From positions 32,001 to 96,000 of the forward strand of contig CAXBMO010000004.1 in assembly GCA_963977015.1 (NCBI GenBank): a DNA stretch of 64,000 nucleotides, read 5' to 3'. Below the pieces are notes generated by a model. That model ran no database searches and was not told the DNA's origin. It saw only the letters and a list, made by a program, of their open reading frames with translations. Positions within the stretch are counted from its first letter, which is position 1, and each line of letters opens with the position of its first letter. Source of the DNA: an uncultured bacterium (GTDB lineage Bacteria; Verrucomicrobiota; Verrucomicrobiia; Verrucomicrobiales; DEV007). The translations under genes were made by a program, and so were the position numbers. Below are positions 38,875-48,513 of this stretch, piece after piece.

Positions 38875-41316
38875 TTATTTCAAAGGCGAGCTCCAGGCTT
38901 CCGGCTGATCCAATGCTCCGACGGCTTTCACCAGACAACGAATCTCGGTTCCCGCCTCCGCCTCACCCAAAGTGAAGTGGTTCCGAGGCCCCCAGGTGAG
39001 TGGATACCCATCCGAAAACCAGAAATAGCGAATATCGCGGATTCCCACCAAGTTGGGATCACAGGTAATGGTACTGCCAGCGGTATTGGTTCCCGAGAGG
39101 CTCGGTCTGCCGGTGAAGGGTTCGGGCACTTTGGCGATTTCATCGGAGCGTTGGAGGACTTCAATCCAATCCACCACGAAGTCCTGACGCTCTCCATCTT
39201 TCGGTTTTCCGTGACTGGCTTTCAGGGCGTAGTTGAATTGCAGGTCGATCCGCTCCAGGTAGATCGGAGCGGTGGGGCACCGGCAAACCTCGACCCACTG
39301 ATCCCGGCCTTGCTCATCCACAATCGTCACGTTGATGTAGGTCATGTCCCGATCCATCACAAATTCCCAGGTGTGGAATTTCCCGTCCCAGAAATAGAGA
39401 CCGCCGGGAATCTTGCTCTTCTCTTCTGTCAGTTCACCGCCGTAAACCTTGAAGCGATTGTAACTATTGGTGTTCCTCGCGAAAATATTGCTGTCGCCCT
39501 TGAAGTAGGGATAGTGATAGTGCGTGGATAGTCCGTTGAGCCATTTTCCGTTCTGCCCATCGAACTCAAAGTAGTCAATCTCGATGCGGTTGGAAGTTCG
39601 CCAGATGAGGTTTTCCGTTCCGTAAGACCAGAATGCGGGGAAGAGGCCGCGGGTCAGCTCTTTTTGTGGAATGTCAGGAAACATGCAGCGTATCCTAACA
39701 ATCTTGGGGCCGTCCCAGGTATATCCGTGGCCGAGATCGTTGACGCTATATAAAGCACTCCCCCGCCAGCGCTTATTGCTCTGTTGAACTAATGAAACGA
39801 TCTGCTTCTTATCTTCAGCATCGTGGGGATAGGCATTCGGTGAATCGCCGGGGGTGAGAACCTGGGCATCGCCTCCCACTGCGATGTTAAATCCCGGCCC
39901 CAACCAGAGATCGCCGGCTCCACTGGTGCTGGCCGCGGTGCGATTGGCGCGAAAGTCATCAAGAAATACCCGCTCAAACCCTTCAATTTCGACGCGGGGG
40001 CCACCTGCATTGACGCGGGTGACGCTTTTGTCTTTGGTCATTTGCCCCCAGGCATTCCATACTTTGTCGTTATGGTTGTAGCGATCCGGAAAGTCTTCCG
40101 CATCGAGAACGGGACGAACGGTTCTGTGGGGGTGATCCTCCGGCAAATTCTCCGCGAAACCCAGTCGATGAGCCGCCCAACCCGTCATTTTGCGAACCAT
40201 GGCTTCGGAGGGTTCCGTCAGGCCAAAAACCAGGGAGTCGTAGGCCCATTCCATGTTTCCTCTATTGTTCTCATCCCCAAGATAAGAGAAACTATCTCGC
40301 AGCCACTCGCCTGAAAATCGGGGAAGTTGCTCGCTCGCGGTCGAGAGTGGCCTCCCATTGACAGAAGCAACCATCTGACCATAGCGAATTCCGCAAACCA
40401 AAACATTCCAAGTCTCTCCGTCAGCAACGATGTCTTTCGTCGTCATGAGTCGCTCATCGAGCCCGCCTTCATTGAGACCAACATATCGGATATTCAGGCC
40501 GCTCTCTTTGTGAAACCAAATTTTGGGTGACGAATAGTTGGATGACTTACCCCGGTTCAAGTCCAAAAGAATGGTCTGATCGCCGGCCCCGGAATTCCCA
40601 TCGATTCGAAACGTGAAGAGACACCAACGATAATCCCAAGGGGCGTCGCGGCGCCCCGGCATTTTCAAAAACTGACCGGAATTCGCCGCGAAGGTGACGC
40701 CGTTACCCGGTTCCAAAAGGTTTGGCTGAACGCCTGCAGACTCTTGGGCCGCCTCGAGTCGAACGGTTCCTCTTGGGGAATGTTTCGCCACCGCACCGGG
40801 GGCGACGTCTTCTTGAAAGTAAGCGCTGGAAAGCCATTCCGGAAAGATATCCAACGCCCAGGGGATTTTCTGGTCACTGGCGAGGATGGTTTTCGGAACG
40901 AGAAGCGACAACGGTGGCCGGCCTACCGTTTGCTCGAGAATCGTGACCTTGCCGTCTCCGTTGGCATCGAACGAGACGTTTTTCTCGGATTGCGCCGCAT
41001 CATCCGTAGGAGCCGTGTTGTCCGAAAAATCTTCCTGGTAGTCGGAGGATGCCTTGGAGATTGCGGCCGTGTTCTTATTCAGAACCGTTTGCAGGTCCGG
41101 GCACTCCTGGAGAAACACATCCAGCATGGCTTTGCGTTCCCCGTCGTCATAAAGGCCGTTTCCGTCGGCATCCAGCTCACTCAACAAGTGAAAGGATTGA
41201 CCCGATTCATGATCGTCGTGATTCTTGCATCCCCACATCGCCACCGAGAGGCAGAAAACGAGAATCCGTCTGCTACGTTGCATCCTTGGTTGGTCTGCCC
41301 TTTTCATCGTTTTCAT
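38875..41316 (-). CDS. Multidomain putative lipoprotein: EF-hands, LamG-like, GH16-like catalytic domain, Ig-like tail (start 41316, 41307 or 41283)
   Basis: VAMWGC possible lipobox; DADGNG and DANGDG EF loops; FLDDF, GLFPAFW, EIDYFE, FHTW. Confidence 0.62.
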   Translation of the reverse strand: MKTMKRADQPRMQRSRRILVFCLSVAMWGCKNHDDHESGQSFHLLSELDADGNGLYDDGERKAMLDVFLQECPDLQTVLNKNTAAISKASSDYQEDFSDNTAPTDDAAQSEKNVSFDANGDGKVTILEQTVGRPPLSLLVPKTILASDQKIPWALDIFPEWLSSAYFQEDVAPGAVAKHSPRGTVRLEAAQESAGVQPNLLEPGNGVTFAANSGQFLKMPGRRDAPWDYRWCLFTFRIDGNSGAGDQTILLDLNRGKSSNYSSPKIWFHKESGLNIRYVGLNEGGLDERLMTTKDIVADGETWNVLVCGIRYGQMVASVNGRPLSTASEQLPRFSGEWLRDSFSYLGDENNRGNMEWAYDSLVFGLTEPSEAMVRKMTGWAAHRLGFAENLPEDHPHRTVRPVLDAEDFPDRYNHNDKVWNAWGQMTKDKSVTRVNAGGPRVEIEGFERVFLDDFRANRTAASTSGAGDLWLGPGFNIAVGGDAQVLTPGDSPNAYPHDAEDKKQIVSLVQQSNKRWRGSALYSVNDLGHGYTWDGPKIVRIRCMFPDIPQKELTRGLFPAFWSYGTENLIWRTSNRIEIDYFEFDGQNGKWLNGLSTHYHYPYFKGDSNIFARNTNSYNRFKVYGGELTEEKSKIPGGLYFWDGKFHTWEFVMDRDMTYINVTIVDEQGRDQWVEVCRCPTAPIYLERIDLQFNYALKASHGKPKDGERQDFVVDWIEVLQRSDEIAKVPEPFTGRPSLSGTNTAGSTITCDPNLVGIRDIRYFWFSDGYPLTWGPRNHFTLGEAEAGTEIRCLVKAVGALDQPEAWSSPLK

Positions 41317-41519
41317 AGCGGAAACGGGCAGTATAGAAACGACTTCTCTCCGCGTCCATAGCGTTGTTCGAATATTGCGGCCCCAATCGAATGGCGTTGT
41401 CCTTTCGGGAGCATGCTCATCCCGTTGCAGACAATCTCGCGCCAACACGACACCGGCGTTTCGACTTTCGTCGAGGATTGACTCATTCGCGGTTGACGAC
41501 GGTCCCGGTGAAATGAAGC

Positions 41520-43775
41520 ATGCCGCGCAGACCTATGAGCAAACCGCAGCCCCATCTTCTCGCCCGTTGTCCCTTTACCAATTCTCTCTCCAATTACCTG
41601 GCACTGATCGGGCTGCTCGTTTGCGGCACCAGCGCTTTGGGGCGGGATTTCTACGTTGCGGCAGACGCGAAAGCAGGTGGCTCCGGCAGTGGCGAGGCAC
41701 CGTTCCAGACACTGGAACAGGCTCGGGACGCGATTCGTGCGGCGCGGAAAGACGGATCGCTGAAGAGCGACGAGCCGGTCACGGTTCTGGTTGGGGCGGG
41801 GGTTTATCCGCTGGAAAAGTCCTTTGAACTTACGGCGGAAGACGGCGGCGAAGCCAAAGCCCCGGTCATCTATCGGGCGCAGGAACCGGGCACGGCACGG
41901 ATTCGGGGCGGCGTCACACTCGACCCGGCGAATTTCCGGCCGCTCAAGGACGAAGCGGTTCTTTCCCGACTCGATGAGAACGTTCGCGGGAACATCCTCG
42001 TCTGCGACCTGTCTGCGGAGGTTCCGGGCGAGTTCAAGGCGTTCGGAAAATCCTATCGTGGAGTTCCGCCCGGACCCTGGCTTTACATCGACGGGGCGCC
42101 AATGACCCTGGCGCGTTGGCCGAATCTCGACGCGCCGAACGACGGCTGGGCCGGCTTTTCCGAGGTGATCGACAAGGGTCTTCCCGAGCCGGATTCTCCC
42201 GACCCGGCCCGCCAGAAACGTCGTCCTGGGTCCTTTGTCTTCGACGACCCGCGTCCGGCGCACTGGAACCTGGACGAAGGCGTCTGGCTCTTTGGTTACT
42301 GGACCCACGACTGGAGCGACGAGGTGATCCAAATCGCGTCTTACGACAAGGAGCAGAAGGTAATCGCCCTGGCCGCGCCGCATAGCTACGGCATCATGGG
42401 CGGAACCTGGGGCAGCGCCAAGCGCCGGTTCTTTGCCCTCAACGCGCTCGAGGAACTGGATGCGCCGGGGGAATGGTATCTCGATCGCCCGAACAAGCAG
42501 CTCTACTTTTACCCGGCCAAGCCGCTCGATGAATCCTCGATCGTGCTGACCACTTTGACTCAGCCGCTGGTGAAGGCGAGCGACACCAAATATCTGAAGT
42601 TCATCCAGCTCGCCTTCGAGTTCGGACATGGCGACGGGATGTCGCTCAAAGGCGTCGAAGAAGTCGAGATCGCCGGTTGCGAGGTGTCGAATTTCGCGGC
42701 CAACGGCATCACCATAAACGGGCATTACAACACGGTTCGCTCCTGCGACCTGTTCAACCTCGGAAAAACCGGCCTCACCATGTATGGCGGCGACCGCAAG
42801 ACGCTGAAGCCGGCGGCGAATCTCGCGGAGAACAACCACATTCACCATTACGGAATTTTCAAGCGCACCTACGCGCCGGGGATCAGTGTCAGCGGCTGCG
42901 GGCAGACCGTGCGGCGCAACCTGATCCACGACGCCCCGCACAATGCCATCCTTTACAGCGGCAACGAGCACCTCTTCGAGCTGAACGAGATCCATCACGT
43001 GGTGATGGAGACCGGCGATTCCGGCGCGTTCTACACCGGGCGCGACTGGACCAGCCAGGGCAACGTGCTGCGTCACAACTACATTCACCATTTGGGCAGC
43101 TCCGACGCGAAACACACCAACACGATGGGCGTTTATCTGGACGACTGCGACTCGGGCGACACGATCGAGGGGAACATTTTTTACCGCGCGGGCCGGGCCA
43201 TCATGATCGGCGGCGGTCGGGACAATCCGGTGCTGAACAACCTCGTCGTCGAATGCCCGATCGGCCTCCACTTCGACGCACGCGGGATGACCTGGAAACA
43301 GTGGAACAACCCGAGTTATTCCGGTTGGGATTTCGAAGGAAAAGCCAAAGCCGTCAACTACCAGAACCCGCCCTGGAGCGAGCGCTATCCGAGGTTGGCC
43401 GCGATCTTGGACGAGTCCCCGAAGGAACCGCTCAACAACCCGATTCGGCGCAACGTCTTCGTGAACTGCGCCCAGAAAGTCTGCAGTTTCGACGGCAACG
43501 TCACCAAGATGGTCGACGACAAGCTGGAAATCGCCGACAACCTCGCGGTGAACACGACCGGCAATCCCGAGGCCGGAGCCCTGACCAAGGGACTCAAGGG
43601 TTTCACCGACCTCTCCGGCACCGACGACGCTCCGGTCGATCTCGGCTTTGCCGATGCCTCCGCCGGAGATTTCACCCTGAAGGACGGCGCCCGGCTTCAG
43701 AAAGAGTTGCCCGGGTTCGAGCCGATTCCGTTTGAGGAGATCGGTCTGTTTCAGGACGATTACCGCAGCGAATAG
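41520..43775 (+). CDS. Secreted parallel beta-helix protein resembling GH141-type proteins (start may be 41535)
   Basis: FYVA..GSG...PFQTLEQARDAIR, TLARWPN, LEELDAPGEWYLD, DSGAFY, GVYLDD. Confidence 0.72.
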   Translation: MPRRPMSKPQPHLLARCPFTNSLSNYLALIGLLVCGTSALGRDFYVAADAKAGGSGSGEAPFQTLEQARDAIRAARKDGSLKSDEPVTVLVGAGVYPLEKSFELTAEDGGEAKAPVIYRAQEPGTARIRGGVTLDPANFRPLKDEAVLSRLDENVRGNILVCDLSAEVPGEFKAFGKSYRGVPPGPWLYIDGAPMTLARWPNLDAPNDGWAGFSEVIDKGLPEPDSPDPARQKRRPGSFVFDDPRPAHWNLDEGVWLFGYWTHDWSDEVIQIASYDKEQKVIALAAPHSYGIMGGTWGSAKRRFFALNALEELDAPGEWYLDRPNKQLYFYPAKPLDESSIVLTTLTQPLVKASDTKYLKFIQLAFEFGHGDGMSLKGVEEVEIAGCEVSNFAANGITINGHYNTVRSCDLFNLGKTGLTMYGGDRKTLKPAANLAENNHIHHYGIFKRTYAPGISVSGCGQTVRRNLIHDAPHNAILYSGNEHLFELNEIHHVVMETGDSGAFYTGRDWTSQGNVLRHNYIHHLGSSDAKHTNTMGVYLDDCDSGDTIEGNIFYRAGRAIMIGGGRDNPVLNNLVVECPIGLHFDARGMTWKQWNNPSYSGWDFEGKAKAVNYQNPPWSERYPRLAAILDESPKEPLNNPIRRNVFVNCAQKVCSFDGNVTKMVDDKLEIADNLAVNTTGNPEAGALTKGLKGFTDLSGTDDAPVDLGFADASAGDFTLKDGARLQKELPGFEPIPFEEIGLFQDDYRSE

Positions 43776-43796
43776 ACGAAAGCGCCGAACGCGCGT

Positions 43797-45869
43797 TCAC
43801 TCTTCGGTCTTGGGAACGAGCTGAAAGGCATCGAGAATCACAAAACCATCGCCGCCGGTATTGCTGACGGTGATGGTCGATTCGCCAGCAGACAATTCCA
43901 CCACGCCGATGGGCCGGAACAATTTTCCGGACGGAAGCGCCTTGGTTTGGTCCACAGTCAGGGTGGTTTGGTTGTCCCCGCTGACGACGACCACGGGAAC
44001 CTTCGTCGCCCGCGTTTCATGGGCGGAGTAAGCCATGCGCACCTCATAACGGCCGGCCTCCGGCGCGGAAAACCGGAAGGTCGCCACGGATTTGCCATCG
44101 GCCCTGTGATCGTCATGCACGTAGCCGGAGCCGACGTGCGGCTTGAAATTGGTCGAGCGAAGCCACTGCCCTTTCAACGTCGCGGCAGCGTCGTCGAGCA
44201 CGATCCCGCCCAGCGTTTTCGGATCCACGCCGCCCACTTCCTTCGGCTTGGGCGGAAGTGGAGGCAGTTCGGGCAACTCCAGCACCTGACCGGCCGCGAG
44301 CAACTGCGCGCGAAGCTTCGGATACGGCAATTCCTGCACAGCGACGTCGTCTCCGGCCGCCAACGCTGCGGCAATCCCGGCGCTCTGACCCAGGATCATC
44401 CACGTCGGTTCGACCCGGATCGAACTGATCGCCACATGAGTGCAGGACAACGCGACCGGCACGAGCAGGTTGTCGCATTCCTGTGGCTTTGGCAGGATCG
44501 AGCGGTAGGGCACCTGATAGGGATAGCCATGACGGCGTCCGCTCATCCGCACGGGAAAAATCGTGCCTTCGTTGACCACCGCACCGTCCGCCGTGGCAAT
44601 GCGCTGACAATCGTGCGAATCGATCGGAAACGACGAAATCGCGATCGGATCCTCCTTTTCCGGCTCTTTGAGGATGTCTTTCTGGCTCACCACATAAATG
44701 CCCTGCATCCGCCGTCCCTCACGGACGTAAAGAGCGGGCGGAAAGTGATCGGTCTCGGCGAACTCATCCTTGCAAAGCCCGAGCCGCACAAATCTCCGGC
44801 GGATCGACTCGGGCACGGCGAGGTCGGTCGTCAGAAAGTGGTAGAACTCCAGCGTGTATTGCCGGTGCGCCTCCCAGATCGCGGCGCGACCTTCCGCGTC
44901 AGCCTCGCTCCAACCGTTGCAGGCACCAACCAAGCCTAACGAGAATTGTCCACCGATCGAATTGTTGCCGTCGAACTTATCGCCGGGCAGATCGTAGAGA
45001 TCGAATCCCACACCGCTCCCTCCGTTCGCGAGATGCCGTCGCACCACCTCGAATCGCGCCGGGTCGTAGTTCGCCGGTTCAGGCATGGCGACGCGATTCT
45101 CAGGATCAGCGGTCAGGCAAAGCCGGAAGCTGTAGGTCATCACATTCGCGTCACCCTCAGCATCGGGACCGGCATCCGTTGTGGTGATCAGCGGCAGCGG
45201 CTTACCTTCGTCGTCAAGCCCAGAAATCGTCAACCGGCGCTTCGTGAACTGCTTTCCGGCGAGCGACTCGCCAAACTCCGCGCGGCCCTCCCGGCCGATC
45301 GTCCAACTCACGCCCGACGCGGCCATGAGGTCGCCTTCGTAAGTCGCATCGACGAAAACCCGCGCCGCAAACTCGCCCTGGCTTGTGATCAGCTTGACGA
45401 TGCGCGCGCCGTCCTTCTGCGCGGATTCGAGAACCTGCCCGGTGAGAACCTGCACGCCAGCCTCGTCCAGCAACTGCCGGGTCACGCGCATCGCGACGTG
45501 CGGTTCGTAGGTCCACTTGGACTGATCCTTGACGCTGACGTCATACGGCAATCTGACGCCGCGCGACGCGTAGTCTTCCGCGATCCGGCGATGCCATTCA
45601 TCGAACAGCCCCACTACGGTTGAGCGCACCGTCTGGTTCGAGTCGCTGAAGCTCAATCCTCCGGTGTTCACGCCGCCAATGTGGTCGGTCGGCTCCAGCA
45701 GAATCACCGACGCCCCCTCTCGTGCCGCCGCCACCGCCGCGCAGAATCCGCCCGGCGTCGCGCCGTAAACGATGACGTCGGCTTCAGTGGACTGTGCCTG
45801 GGAAAGACCGGGTAAAAAGCCAGCCAACGCCAGAATTGAGAACCATGTCAGGGGTTTTTGATTCAACAT
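43797..45869 (-). CDS. Secreted FAD-dependent oxidoreductase (PF12831) with a C-terminal golvesin/xanthan-lyase-type beta domain
   Basis: VYGATPGG, DATYEGDL, GREGRAEFGESLAG, YVREGRRM, SSIRVEP; C-terminal IVLDD..GRYEV..VILDA. Confidence 0.85.
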   Translation of the reverse strand: MLNQKPLTWFSILALAGFLPGLSQAQSTEADVIVYGATPGGFCAAVAAAREGASVILLEPTDHIGGVNTGGLSFSDSNQTVRSTVVGLFDEWHRRIAEDYASRGVRLPYDVSVKDQSKWTYEPHVAMRVTRQLLDEAGVQVLTGQVLESAQKDGARIVKLITSQGEFAARVFVDATYEGDLMAASGVSWTIGREGRAEFGESLAGKQFTKRRLTISGLDDEGKPLPLITTTDAGPDAEGDANVMTYSFRLCLTADPENRVAMPEPANYDPARFEVVRRHLANGGSGVGFDLYDLPGDKFDGNNSIGGQFSLGLVGACNGWSEADAEGRAAIWEAHRQYTLEFYHFLTTDLAVPESIRRRFVRLGLCKDEFAETDHFPPALYVREGRRMQGIYVVSQKDILKEPEKEDPIAISSFPIDSHDCQRIATADGAVVNEGTIFPVRMSGRRHGYPYQVPYRSILPKPQECDNLLVPVALSCTHVAISSIRVEPTWMILGQSAGIAAALAAGDDVAVQELPYPKLRAQLLAAGQVLELPELPPLPPKPKEVGGVDPKTLGGIVLDDAAATLKGQWLRSTNFKPHVGSGYVHDDHRADGKSVATFRFSAPEAGRYEVRMAYSAHETRATKVPVVVVSGDNQTTLTVDQTKALPSGKLFRPIGVVELSAGESTITVSNTGGDGFVILDAFQLVPKTEE

Positions 45870-45933
45870 GGCGGAAGGCTAGCGGCGAATTCGAACGCGT
45901 GCAAACGCGCTTGCAACTCCGATGTCTCGCCAC

Positions 45934-48513
45934 CTATTTCCGCGCAAAACGCGGACTTTCCACCACCGCCACCACCAAATCCCGGAGTCGATACCCCTGC
46001 TCCTTCGTCTTCGCCAAAATCTCGCGAATCGCAGGCCGGTCGGTGATTTCCAGATCCCGTCCCAGCGCGTGAACCAGCAGTTTTTCGAGCAGACAACGGG
46101 CAAAGGCGTCCTCGCGTTCCATCAGCGCGGCCTTGAATCCAATCATGTCGGGAAATTCCGTTCCGCCAAAGCGGCCGGAAGGATCGACCTTGGGATACGG
46201 ATTGCCGACGGGGTAATGGCCACGCCATTTGCCGATGGGGTCGAACGATTCCAGGGCAAAGCCGGGTGGATCAATGTGGTTGTGGCAGGAGCTGCAGGCG
46301 GAGCTTTCGCGGTGTTTCTCCAATTGCTCGCGAATCGTTGTCGCGCCGCGAATATCCGGTTCAATGGCGGGAATATCGGGCGGAGGCGGTGACGGTGGCG
46401 TGCCGAGGATGTTCTCCAGAAGCCAGACTCCACGAATCACCGGCGACGTGTCGACGCCATTTGCGGTCAGGGTCAGCACGCTGGCATGGCCCAACACACC
46501 GCCTCTTCTCCGGTCGGTCAGCGGAATCCGGGCGAAACGCGTCGTCGGCGAATCGCCCACGCCGTCCTGGCGAAGATAGCGCGCGGGCAGGCCATCGACC
46601 TCCTGTTCGCCGATCTGCGCGAACTGTTCCGGCTTGATGCGGTAGAGCGCGGCCAGCTCTTTGTTGGCGAAGGTGTAGTCGGAATCCAGCAAATTGGCAA
46701 TGGGACCGTTGGTCTCGATCAGGTGCCGGAAATAAACGCGCGTTTCCCGTCGCATCGCCGGTTCGAGCCGGTCGTCGTAGTAAACGCGAAAGCGATGCGG
46801 GTCCGGCGCCATCGAGCCCAGTTCATGGAGATGAAGCCAGCCGTCGAGGAACTCGTTCACGAACTCGTCGGAACGCGGGCTGGAAAGGAGCCGCTCGGCC
46901 TGCGCGCGCAGGTTGGCACGAAGTTCGCCGCCGGCGGCCAGCTCGAGGAGTGGTTCATCCGGCATCGACGCGGTCAGGAAGTAGGAAAGACGTGACGCCA
47001 GTTCATACTCGTTCAGCTCATCGCCTCGCTCCTCGCGATAAATGAAGGCCGGAGAGCAGAGCACCGCTTTGAGTGCTTCCTGAATCGCGGCTTGTTCCGT
47101 CATTCCACTTTTCCCGGCTTGCTCGGTCAATTTGAGAATCGACGTGAGTTCGCCCTCCTTGACCGGACGACGCCAGGCGCGTTCGGCAAACTCGTGCAGC
47201 ACTTCTCCGGCGCGGGAAGCGTCATAGGCTTCGTCGCCGAACACAACCCGGTGGCTCGCGGGCGGCCAGGTTTCGTTGAGCGGCCCCTCCAATTCAATCT
47301 CGTGAAGCCGGACGCGGGGGCTTTCGCCGAAGTGAAACGAAATCCAGCCACCATACTTCTTCTGATCGGCCTCGAATTCCGCAAAGGCTTCGGGTGACAA
47401 CGTATCCTTCGCCAATTCGTTGAAATAGGTGTTCATGCGGTAGTTCGAATTGGTGGGCCCGTTCGGGAACCCGAGCCGCGGAAACTGCCCCTTCTCCAGC
47501 CACATTCGGCATTCGAGCCAAACGCGTTCGTCGTCCGGCAAATCCCAGGTTGCGATGTGCTGTTGACTGGCCTGTTCGTGCGTCGCGGCGTAATCGCGGG
47601 CTTCCTTGTTTTGCGGATCGATACCTTGAAGCGACGCGGTCGAGAGCGAGAGCCGAACTGGCTCGCTTTCATCCCAAAGTGAGGGCCAGCGCTTGAACCG
47701 CTCCTGCTTCAGCGCGTGGCGAAACTTCGCCTCCGCCAAAATCCGGACACGATACCAACCATTCATCGGCACGCCGCTGTCGCTCACGTCGTCGAGCGGA
47801 TGATACTTGCCGAAGGGAGCGCCTCCCGCCCCGATTCGCTGGCACAAATCCTGGTAGGGCTGCGGTTGACCCAATTTTCGAAAATAACCAACCGCCTGCG
47901 ATATTTCCTGTCCCGTGGTGCGGTCGAACGGCGGTTTCATCTTCCAAACCTGCGTTTCCGGTTTGGGTTCGAAGTGAATCGCCCGATCGATCACCTCCTC
48001 CGCCGCTTCGAGATATTGGCGCAGCAGAAAACTCGACGTCACCAGCTTCTCTCCGTTCGTCGCAAAGCCGTGCGAGCGTTGGTCGCCCGGAAATTCAGCC
48101 GTCGGATCCTGGCCGGACTCCATCTGAAACAGATCGCGAATCGTGTTGCGATATTCGGTCCGGTTCAGACGACGCAACACGGCCTGGCTCGATTCCTTTG
48201 GCTTGCTGGAATGATAAGCCACGAGCCGCTCTTCGAGCTCAAGGATCGCCGCCTCGCGCTCTTCATCAGTCGGTTGCGCCTTGTCCGGCGGTGGCATGAA
48301 GCGGCTTTCGACCTGCTCCAGACAGTGCTCCCAGATTTTCGCGTTCGTTTCCGTGATTTCAAAATCGACCGTTTCCAGCGACAACCCGCCTTTTTCCGTC
48401 GCGTCGTCATGACAGTCGAGGCAACTGTTGGAAAGCAGGGCATCCAATCCGGAGCCAGCTTGAGCAGCGAACGCCGGAAGGGCCAGGAGAATCAGAATGG
48501 CTAGTCGTCTCAT
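45934..48513 (-). CDS. Cytochrome c + DUF1587/DUF1595/DUF1592/DUF1588/DUF1585 protein
   Basis: CLDCH, LRRLNRTEYRNTIRDL, ELASRLSYFL, TSPVIRGVW, CSSCHNHIDPPGFALESFD. Confidence 0.92.
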   Translation of the reverse strand: MRRLAILILLALPAFAAQAGSGLDALLSNSCLDCHDDATEKGGLSLETVDFEITETNAKIWEHCLEQVESRFMPPPDKAQPTDEEREAAILELEERLVAYHSSKPKESSQAVLRRLNRTEYRNTIRDLFQMESGQDPTAEFPGDQRSHGFATNGEKLVTSSFLLRQYLEAAEEVIDRAIHFEPKPETQVWKMKPPFDRTTGQEISQAVGYFRKLGQPQPYQDLCQRIGAGGAPFGKYHPLDDVSDSGVPMNGWYRVRILAEAKFRHALKQERFKRWPSLWDESEPVRLSLSTASLQGIDPQNKEARDYAATHEQASQQHIATWDLPDDERVWLECRMWLEKGQFPRLGFPNGPTNSNYRMNTYFNELAKDTLSPEAFAEFEADQKKYGGWISFHFGESPRVRLHEIELEGPLNETWPPASHRVVFGDEAYDASRAGEVLHEFAERAWRRPVKEGELTSILKLTEQAGKSGMTEQAAIQEALKAVLCSPAFIYREERGDELNEYELASRLSYFLTASMPDEPLLELAAGGELRANLRAQAERLLSSPRSDEFVNEFLDGWLHLHELGSMAPDPHRFRVYYDDRLEPAMRRETRVYFRHLIETNGPIANLLDSDYTFANKELAALYRIKPEQFAQIGEQEVDGLPARYLRQDGVGDSPTTRFARIPLTDRRRGGVLGHASVLTLTANGVDTSPVIRGVWLLENILGTPPSPPPPDIPAIEPDIRGATTIREQLEKHRESSACSSCHNHIDPPGFALESFDPIGKWRGHYPVGNPYPKVDPSGRFGGTEFPDMIGFKAALMEREDAFARCLLEKLLVHALGRDLEITDRPAIREILAKTKEQGYRLRDLVVAVVESPRFARK

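Noticed and set aside
41313-43271. 652-aa antisense ORF
   Set aside because: Shadow of the beta-helix gene with no recognisable features.
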